A DNA stretch of 64,000 bases from Octopus sinensis (Eukaryota), in contig NC_042998.1 of NCBI RefSeq assembly GCF_006345805.1, positions 31,558,001 to 31,622,000 on the forward strand, given 5' to 3'. Numbering within the stretch: position 1 is the stretch's first letter; each line of letters opens with the position of its first letter. The notes under the pieces are model-generated. The model saw nothing but the letters and a program-made list of their open reading frames with translations, searched no databases and was not told the origin of the DNA. The position numbers were made by a program, and so were the translations under genes. Positions 55,686 to 64,000 of the stretch are shown here, one piece after another.

Positions 55686-56744
55686 ATGGGAGAGACGGCA
55701 AGAGTTTTTGAGTCTCTATCAGACTTGTCTACGTCTGAGGAGGAACTAGAAGAAGCAGTGAGGAAAATGGACCAGAAACTGGGTTATACCTATGCCGGAA
55801 TGACTAAGAAGGCGGAGGAGCTGCCAAGTTTCCAGAAGTATATTAAGAAGGACAGCGGTGAGGTGGAACTGGCACCGCCACCAAAGAGAAAAGAATGGTA
55901 CGAGAAAAGGACCATCATATCCAGGGTATACGCAAGCGGAAAGAAAAAGATAGAAGTGGTCAATATGGAGTGGATAGAGGAGGCGCTAAGAAGAACGGAA
56001 GAGGAAATTAATTTTCTGACGAGAGGTTCAAAATATGGTACTGTAGTAGTGCAGTTCAAAAGAGAGAATGCAGCAAGGAAGATGGCGGTGAAATCCGAGA
56101 AGGTAATACTTTTGCCTACATATTTAAATAGAAAAATTACAAGAGTAAGAGTCGAGGGAATACCCCCAAACGTCGAAGCCGAGTGGATTGTGGCGGCTAT
56201 AATCAGCGGCCACGAGGATGAAGTGGACATCCTCCATGCCTCGGTTAAGACCGAGGGCTGGAGAGGCGTGACAGTGGAACTAAATGTGCAGGCAGAGGAT
56301 GATGTACTGGTGGACCTTGCAGAGAACATCAGATTGGGAGACGTAATCATGAGAGTGTGGGTGGAGGGCAGAGCTCCACGTTGTTACAAGTGTGGCCTGC
56401 GGGGTCACATAAGAGCCTACTGCCCTCCCCCAGTGAAAGAAATGGATGCCGAACCACAAAGAGAGGCAGAAAAAGAACAGAAACCAGAGGAGAAGGAGAC
56501 AGTAGAAGAGGAAGAGAATTCACAAGAATGGAAAGAAGCTGGGAAGAAGAGGAAGGGGAGAACAAGAGGAAAAGGAAACAACATGGAACACCAATCCACC
56601 CAAACACCACCCACACCCTCTGAGTCCCACCGTATCCCTGCAGACAGTGAACCCACCCGCTCCCCTCCAACAAGAAAACAAAAAAAAATAATACAGACAG
56701 ACAAGAGACTGAATTCGAACCCAGGCCGAACATTTGTACTATGA
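55686..56744 (+). CDS. L1/Tx1-type ORF1-like CCHC protein, 352 aa (N-terminal part; probably continues by -1 shift into 56741-57010)
   Basis: Collinear with the 466-aa ORF: TYAGMTKK, VELAPPPKRKE, RGSKYGTVVVQF, VRVEGIPPNVEAEW, WRGVTVEL, VEGRAPRCYKCGLRGHIRAYC. Confidence 0.75.
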   Translation: MGETARVFESLSDLSTSEEELEEAVRKMDQKLGYTYAGMTKKAEELPSFQKYIKKDSGEVELAPPPKRKEWYEKRTIISRVYASGKKKIEVVNMEWIEEALRRTEEEINFLTRGSKYGTVVVQFKRENAARKMAVKSEKVILLPTYLNRKITRVRVEGIPPNVEAEWIVAAIISGHEDEVDILHASVKTEGWRGVTVELNVQAEDDVLVDLAENIRLGDVIMRVWVEGRAPRCYKCGLRGHIRAYCPPPVKEMDAEPQREAEKEQKPEEKETVEEEENSQEWKEAGKKRKGRTRGKGNNMEHQSTQTPPTPSESHRIPADSEPTRSPPTRKQKKIIQTDKRLNSNPGRTFVL

Positions 56745-57010
56745 CAGAACAGAAAGAAGTTAAAAGGGTAATGGAAGAGTATAAATGGTATGAAATAGGT
56801 GAGACCAGGTATGCAGTGATTGAAAAGGAGAGAATAGATGAGTTTATGACAAGGTGTGAAAGGAAGAATTGGGAGGTGAAAGAGACAAGAACGAGTGATG
56901 AATCCGTGGAAAATATGGAGGAGTATTTTGAAGTAAGAATAGAGAAGAATGGTTTTATTATTGGGAATGAACATCTGAGTGAAAGTGAAAACCAAAGGAC
57001 AGGTAAGTGA
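56741..57010 (+). CDS. C-terminal domain of the copy-2 ORF1-like protein (89-aa ORF in the -1 frame)
   Basis: YAVIEKERIDEFM resembles TALIPEERVAEFL of copy 1; this frame is open back through the A9 run at 56680-56688; ATGA overlap with the upstream stop. Confidence 0.6.
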   Translation: MTEQKEVKRVMEEYKWYEIGETRYAVIEKERIDEFMTRCERKNWEVKETRTSDESVENMEEYFEVRIEKNGFIIGNEHLSESENQRTGK

Positions 57011-57159
57011 TGCTAACGGTTGGGGCCGTTAGCATCACTTTCATATCATTTTTTCATGTAAAAATTCATTCTTCATAAATTTAATTATGTTCTATGTCTC
57101 CAATGTTTTGTAATGTCCCCTCTGCGTCGCCCCTCGTGGGTAATAAAGAATCAAGTGGC

Positions 57160-57478
57160 GCCATTACTTTATCGCTTCACTGTGACGGCGTACTCGGATG
57201 AGATCACCATCATAGTATCGAAGGCGAGTCACCTACAGTGGGTAGGTGAAGCCGTTAAAGAATACGAGGCGGTGGCAGCAGCATTAGTTAACCGTGAAAA
57301 GTCGGTCGCTTTGCAGCTTGGCACCTGGGGAGGCAAGTCGATGCCGTCCAACAGCGTCGTGGGACGTTGGACAGAGGTCCGGTGAAAGGGGTCTGGTTTG
57401 GGCCAGACCTCCAGTTAGAGAAAAATTGGAGCGAGGTCACGAACAGAGTGGCCTATCTAATCCAGACCTGGTCTGGGC
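57160..57478 (+). pseudogene. Tx1/L1-like reverse transcriptase fragment
   Basis: VTAYSDEITIIV (degenerate YADD), EYEAVAAALVNREKSVAL, then a frameshift to GVWFGPDLQLEKNWSEVTNRV; typical RT domains 5-7 of the L1/Tx1 group. Confidence 0.75.
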
Positions 57479-57562
57479 AATTATCGTCGAATTACATCTT
57501 TATAGCATTTAAAATCGCAGATTTCAGGTCTTTAACGGTGTCAACCGCCTCTTTAGACAGTG

Positions 57563-57742
57563 GAAAAATAGCAGTGTTAGCGGTCGTATTTGGTGTGAAA
57601 AGCGCAGAACTCGTTTCGAATAGTACGCAAATAATCCCAAAATACGTGAGAGAGACTTTGGTTTTTGGTATTATTTGCGTACTATTCGAAATGGGTTCCG
57701 CGCTTTTCACACCGAATATGATCGCTAACACTGCTATTTTTC
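57563..57742. repeat. Long inverted repeat (~80-bp arms, ~20-bp spacer), foldback/MITE-like
   Basis: GAAAAATAGCAGTGTTAGCG..TTTCGAATAGTACGCAAATAAT is mirrored by ATTATTTGCGTACTATTCGAAA..CGCTAACACTGCTATTTTTC. Confidence 0.9.
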
Positions 57743-58179
57743 TGTAGACGATGTAAAAAAAAAATGTTAATTACCCGGTGTTCTACTCGCCTAAAATAAT
57801 ACTCTTTAAAATGCATAATTTATACATACATCTGGCGCAGGCCAATACACTTGACAGTGTCCACTTGATATAAATTATCATATTCACCTGCTATGTAGAG
57901 TGATACAACACTCCACATAACGAGTTCAAATCCAGCAAAATCACAACAAGTATGGCTCTAGCGATTCTGTCATCGGTTTAAATTCCTAACTGAAGGTGTT
58001 TCATTCTTCAGATGGAAAATTCTCTCTGAAATCATAGAAAATCTTGAAGGTCACATTAATAGAAAACATTTTCATGAAAATAATTCCTTTCATTGCTTTG
58101 GTTATAACACTAACGATGGCTATTCTTTACTTCTTAATCCAACATTTCAATCTATCGAAATAATCAATTAATGCTCAAC

Positions 58180-58387
58180 AAGGCGGCAAGCTGGCAGAAA
58201 CGTTAACACGCCGGGCGAAATGCTTAGCCGTATTTCGTCTGCCGTTACGTTCTGAGTTAAAATTCCGCTGACGTCGACTTTGCCTTTCATCCTTTCGGGG
58301 TCGATAAATTAAGTACAAGTTACGCACTGGGGTCGATGTAATAGACTTAATTCTTTTGTCTGTCCTTGTTTGTCCCCTCTATGTTCC
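58180..58387 (+). mobile_element. SINE family A with a partial LINE-type tail
   Basis: AAGGCGGCAAGCTGGCAGAAACG head, family core, GTCCTTGTTTGTCCCCTCTATGTT tail. Confidence 0.85.
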
Positions 58388-60055
58388 ACTGTTCATGTTG
58401 CTTTGAAGTTTTTGCATGATGCACGTCTTCGGCTGGTCTCATAACTCGATAGTTTATGCACTTAGTCGGCTGTGCTTCCATGATATACAGTGCAACATCT
58501 ATATTTAAGAATGGATGACAGTGAATCAATATTGTAGTCGATTAGGACAATTTAAATATATTAAGGAAAATTAAAGGATTTAAGAATATAACACTAGATT
58601 AAGTGTTATAAGATCAGTAAGGAATAGGTGTATATAATTTCCATCACAAGGAAATTTAAACTTTCCGAAAGATACGGACGTTTTATATTAATTTGAATCA
58701 CAAAATTTGCGAAATTGGGGGCCAATCACTGAATTTGACATCATTTGAAAGGCATATATCCAGAATCACAAGATTAAAACACAATGAACCTATTATTTTT
58801 ACCAACTGAAAGAAGCTAAGTGAACAAGAGATATAGCTTATCTAGTCATTATGAGAAGTCCGTTCATCGCCTGCACATAACTACGGCTGGAGTTCAAGAG
58901 TGTAAATATCAGGGGCAATGTATAAATGGCACTTGCACCTTCAGCTGCAATCATTTTGTTACATTTTTCCTTATTCTTGCTTAATCATGCATTTGTATTC
59001 TCATGTAGACGGAAATATGTCTCCATACAACCGAGATAATTTCAAGTTATACAAAATCTATTCAGTGGATAAAAGAAAAACAGTGCAAATTAAATAAACG
59101 ACATTCGTTCTAGAAGCGCATTATATACACATTTCAGACTGTTTGGTAGAATTCCGACTGCACTCTCTGCCATTGTTGACATCACATGGATTTCTGGGAA
59201 ACATCAATACCATGCGCATAATGACTGCTCATGATATTAATATCGATAATCGTATTACTTTAAAAGAATTATAGAATGAGACATCCTAAAACTATATTGT
59301 AATGTGAATAATGTTTCCTCAGTAAATTTTGTCAGATTTTCTATTGCTGTGTTATCAACGTTTCTCCGTTTTCAGGCCAAATTCACAGATCAGTTGTCAT
59401 CTGACAATGAACTTAATGCCAGTCGTCTAATATTTTTACTGACCATGTCGTATGAATGTATTGCATCGGTAATGCATTAGACATGGACACGATATATCTG
59501 TCAAACAGTAATTAGATAAAATGCCACTTGCTAAAAGAAATATAGTTTTCACCAAGTTAGTCCAACCGTTAATTACAGAAAATTATTTTGTTCTATTTTG
59601 CCTCGTGAAGGTGCAGAATTGTAATTTAGAATAAGTTAATTTCATTTGTCTTCAGCTTGGTATTCTATTTCACATTTTACACGATGCTGTCTGGTAATGT
59701 ACAAGACAAGTGTCGCGGATATTCTGTATTAATAAATGTAGTTCATTGCTTAAAGAAAAAAAAAACAGTCGCTTTTTTTTATTCTTCGATTTAACTATTT
59801 TCACGTTTCTATATGAGTTCAAATTCCGCCGCAGCATATTATGCTTTGAATCTTTTCATTTTTTAGATCGTTACAAGCAAACTAATAAATATATCTGACT
59901 CTAAACCAGTTTAACCAATCCCAATTGTCGACTAATGCTTAATATTATCGATCTTTGATCGATAAACATCAAAGCTGCCCTCGGCGGGATTCAAACTGAA
60001 GCATAAATTTTAGCCGAAACAAATCATTCAAGGTAGTTTGTACAATGATCTAAGT

Positions 60056-60256
60056 CAGCAACTCTCAACCACGGTTCTCAGAGCCGCATGCAGTCCTCAA
60101 GCATCCTTCAGGAGGGCCCCAGAGGCCATCCCTCTGTATATATAATAAGGGTTTCTGTAATTGACTTATATGTAACTTTCTTTTAGGAGCGCCTCCCCAC
60201 TTAAAAATCCAGTGTTTCGATCTGACCTGGATATTAAGAAAAGTTGAGAACCACAG
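60056..60256. mobile_element. hAT-like MITE, degenerate
   Basis: CAGCAACTCTCAACC...AAGTTGAGAACCACAG imperfect TIRs resembling CAGTGGTTCTCAAC. Confidence 0.45.
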
Positions 60257-61645
60257 ATTAAACATCCCGCCACTATTCTCTCGGATAGTCGAGCAAATTG
60301 CTGCTGAAAGGCAGTAAATATCTGCCCCAGCTCGTTTCAGCCTGTACTCGACTGAAGTGCGGCTTTGTTACCCCGCCCCCTTGAACTCCAAAAATCGATA
60401 CCATCAAACGGCTTTCGTTTTAGTTCACGACCCTTGCCTTTGACAAGACAACGTTGAGGAAAAGGCTGAGTTCCATCCTCGACACTAGCACGCTTGTTGC
60501 AGTTGCTTTTTTTAATCACCACTTCTAGCTTGCTAACAAGTCCTTCTCCCATCTATTTCATTTGTCTTCGCCATAAACTTGTTATTAAACACGGTCGATC
60601 TGGTTCCAGCTGATTAGTTGAGAGCACCCCCACTTCTGAATGTTAAGGATTGCTTCCGTCAACTTCTGCTTGATTAATTCACAAATCCTGTCCCTGTAGT
60701 CTTTGTGAACTGCGGAAGACGCGAGCTCAATAATATTAATAATAATAATAGTAATAATAGTAATAATAATAATAATGATTTAAAGAAGAGAAAGTGAAAC
60801 AGAATTACCAGCACCCAACATAGGAATTATTCAGTTAATCTAAATGTATAAATGACGGAAATTAGATATTTTCAGATACTTAATGATATTCAGATGGCTG
60901 TGAAGAGCATGTGTGTGTGTGCGTTTGCGCAGTGTGTGTTTTCGTATGTGTGTGTTTATGTTACTTTGTGTGAGAGACTCTCACAAGGCAATACACCATC
61001 CATCAATAAATGGTTATGAAGTATTTACTTCAAATAAAGTAATAATTCCCCGATAATTATGTATTGATCTATTAATTAATCTAATCGATGTTTTCAAATC
61101 CTCGTAAATATATCTATATAATCCTTCAAAGTTTAGCAAATATCGTAGCCGTTAGTTAATTATCTGTGATTCTATGTAGGCCTACGAGACAGCAGTTATG
61201 TCAATAATATGTTATATGTCTCCAGAGAATAACCGATAAGTATTCAGATTTTAATGCAAGCAACACGTCAGTTTATTAAATATTGGTGTATTTGACTTTG
61301 ACTGTCCCAGTGAGAATCAACCCAACTGATTATCTCCAGGTTGACACAGCACGAGGTGACCTAAATTCAAAAGCATTCATTCCGTCACCATCCCATCTAG
61401 GAGTACATTCTGTGTACTTTAGGAGTACATTCTCAGTGTACTTTCTTCTTCTTCAGGTTATGATTTGAAGATGATTTTGTATTGCTTTCTTGCAGATCGA
61501 TAATTCCCACATAATACTTTTTCCTTCTTTAAAACCAGCTTACATGTTGCTCCAGACTAGCTTGAATGGACAAAGGCGTTTTCATTAAAGACCATCGCAT
61601 TTTTTAATCTAGACTGCAATATTCGAAAAGTCTCTTTAGATAATA

Positions 61646-62015
61646 CTAGCAGTATCACCCGGCGTTGCTCGGGTTTGTTTCGACCCTTTAGAATTGGAAT
61701 TTTTGGAAAGTAAAAATTCTGCATTATGTAGCTTGTTATATTCTTTAAGTGAACAGTTTTTTCGTTGAAATACACCGGAAAATGGCGACACAGCAGTCAA
61801 AAAATCATTAAAAATAGGGATTTTCATAGAAAAAAAGTATCTTTTTGATGTAAATAATTTTTGGTGTTAATATGGTCCGATTTGAATTTTTTCTTCTAGG
61901 GAAGGAAGAACAAGCCTTCTTCTATCATACTCTCAATTTTGGTCAACTTGTGCCGCAGGGTCTCGGAGGAGATAGTGTTAGTTGAAGGCTACCAAACCTG
62001 CCGTACACAGACAAC
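61646..62015 (-). mobile_element. Non-autonomous Helitron, related 3' terminus
   Basis: CTAGCAGTATCACCCGGCGTTGCTCGGGTTTG is nearly identical to the terminus at 48190; the internal sequence differs. Confidence 0.7.
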
Positions 62016-62622
62016 TTTGGCTGCTAAATTTTAAGAAGTTACCTCGTTAATTCTTCCATATTAGTTGTTATTACTGCTACGAGACAGAATATTTCTTGGA
62101 AGCGGGTGGCGAACAAGACTGAAGGCTGATTGCAACAAATACTTAAATCTGTAAAATTTATCCATTTATATTTCTATTTTACAAAATAATGATCGCTTTT
62201 ATAAATCTTATGTTTTGTATAGTTTTTCATTTTGCAGTGTAATTATAGGAAATCATTTTCTGTAACCAAGAACAAGAATAACACAGACCAAAACGAAAGT
62301 TTTTTATAACATGTAGAAATCATTTGCAATATAACTGATTACTTATACTAAGGGAACTTATGCAAGTATATCTATGTATGTAACCGAAACACTGCTAGAA
62401 TTTCATCTCTAAAGCTACTTTAAGCAGCTCATGCCTTATATCTACCAGTTGTTTGAAGAACGAACTAGAAGTAACACTTATCACGCATCACCTAACGCAC
62501 TGCTCAATACACTGAAGCGAGGAAATAGTAGATCATAGATAAAGGTCACCTACAAGAACTGCCTCCTTAAAGAATTGAAAATGATAGTATGATATATATA
62601 TATTTATATATATATATATATA

Positions 62623-62653
<31 letters not shown>

Positions 62654-62852
62654 ATAGATATATATATAGATATGTGTGTGTGTGTAGGAGTATGCGTATG
62701 TTTGTATAGTAAGAGAGAGGGGGGAAGGGTTGTCTTTTTTCCAGACGAGAATATTATCTAGCTTGCCTGTTGTTATCCATCAATTGTACACCATGTGCAA
62801 TGTCAAGATATATAGCTTGGTCTTAGTATTCAAGAAGGGTGCTGCTACATTT

Positions 62853-62883
<31 letters not shown>

Positions 62884-63139
62884 TTATGCAAAAGTGCCGT
62901 AAGTCCAAAACTTTGCTGTTTTCAGAAAACGAAAAAATAGCTTCACTACTCCATAGCAAAACCGTTGTCCTACACTTTGACAATTTTTGTTATCTTGGCA
63001 TCTGAAGCAGCTGGAGATACGATAGTTTTACCAAAAGAACCGACTATTGCAAGTATAAATAAATATTGGAAAAAAACGCATTTGGCGAAATTTGGACATA
63101 CGACAGTTTAACAGAATAGCAACAATATATATATCATGA

Positions 63140-63320
63140 TAGATCGATAGTCACTACACATTTTTTTCTCTCCTTGTTTTTTTCTGTGTCCCTTTCTGTA
63201 GAAGAGCGTAGGCTCGAAACATAAAAGACTTTTTCAATTCCTGAGCGATATACTAATACATCTGTTTGTTTTGTACACCACCTGTCTTCGTCTTTTGTTT
63301 TTTTCGTGAACTCTCCCTAT
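63140..63320 (+). mobile_element. Short Penelope-derived repeat with a variant hammerhead core
   Basis: CTTT-CTGTAGA-A-GAGC(GTAG)GCTC-GAAA-CATA-AAAG at 63192-63227. Confidence 0.5.
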
Positions 63321-63599
63321 AAATATATATGTATATTAATGCTTGTTTTTATAATTAGTTTAAAAACGAAGAATTTTACATTAAAATGTTACCCTATAAT
63401 ACTTTTGTAGAGTAAAAAATTATTATTCTTCAAGAAGGCAATTACTGTCAATGACTTCAAAGCTTCAGTTTGCAAGGCTTAGAGGTTCGAATCTTCGAAG
63501 TCACTATCAATTCTTGTATAAGAATAATGTATATGTTAATATATGTGTATAAAGTGTCAGTTAACTGGCCGAGATTATTGAGAACGTCTTAAAACGTTC

Positions 63600-63960
63600 A
63601 CTCTTTATTCTCCCCATCGTCACCGTGAGCGCTAAACCGTTTGCATAACGTGGAGAATATACCACGAGTTTAACATAAGATTCTGAATTCTTCCAAGGCT
63701 TGGTCCACGTGCCACACGCTCCCTACACAATTCAGGCTCACCACACAATTTCTTGTCCTCGACAAGTGCTGCTCTATTTAGCATTTTCCCAATACAAATC
63801 AAAGAAGAAGAAAAAAATCTCCTATCACCTTCAAAGGAATCCCGGACAAATTTCTTCAAACGATACCAGATAAGCGACCTATCCCTGTGTATGTTTCACT
63901 CGATAGGAATACTCCTACTTGAATGGGCCCAAGTACCACAAAACTCGTCTTTAAAATGAC
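63600..63960 (+). mobile_element. CR1-like LINE ORF2 3' fragment
   Basis: AALFSIFPIQIK followed in another frame by FKGIPDKFLQTIPDK, resembling the CR1-group C-terminal 'FKxxLDKFLxxIPDxP' motif. Confidence 0.5.
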
Positions 63961-64000
63961 TCAAATAGATCCGACCTTCCGCTGCTAACAAGTTAAACAT

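Larger units (their letters stand above)
55575..57152 (+). mobile_element. ORF1-only (HAL1-like) non-LTR element, copy 2
   Basis: Same architecture as copy 1; perfect 15-bp hairpin at 57005-57040; tail GTCCCCTCTGCGTCGCCCCTCGTGGGTAATAAAGAA; 5' boundary uncertain. Confidence 0.7.

Noticed and set aside
53806-56744. LTR-retrotransposon gag interpretation of the CCHC ORFs
   Set aside because: No LTRs, primer-binding site or pol; the RRM-like region, LINE-type tail and TPRT-like truncated copy fit non-LTR ORF1 better.
53847-56995. Antisense ORFs over the ORF1-like genes
   Set aside because: Shadow frames of purine-rich sense coding sequence.
57367-57747. 126-aa ORF and 79-aa antisense ORF with near-identical peptides
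   Set aside because: A chimera of the RT fragment and the inverted repeat; the peptide symmetry comes from the palindrome.

Overview
AT-rich, microsatellite- and transposon-dense eukaryotic DNA; the SINE families and repeat landscape point to an octopus (cephalopod) genome (inference). The only clear host gene is an intronless-CDS invertebrate-type dopamine receptor (Dop1R2/DAMB-like GPCR) at 14084-15379 (-). The rest is mostly tRNA-derived SINEs, decayed LINEs (R4/Dong-like, CR1-like, Tx1/L1-like, HERO/NeSL-like), a decayed Penelope-like element, a deleted mariner, non-autonomous Helitrons, MITEs and simple repeats. Two systems stand out. (1) A family of ORF1-only ('half-LINE', HAL1-like) retroelements: two divergent tandem copies at ~53.7-57.15 kb encode RRM-like/CCHC-knuckle proteins with a shared C-terminal domain and no ORF2. 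Both carry a GGGG-loop hairpin and a 3' stem-loop/AATAAA-type tail that also appears on one local SINE subfamily. A third decayed copy lies at ~48-49 kb, and a 5'-truncated copy with a 16-bp target-site duplication lies at 40.1 kb. (2) A ~472-bp x3 tandem repeat in which each unit carries a type I hammerhead ribozyme with a long stem II (retrozyme/Penelope pLTR-like), plus several other hammerhead-bearing repeat families. Most listed ORFs are artefacts of microsatellites. Repeat boundaries were read by eye and are approximate unless stated.
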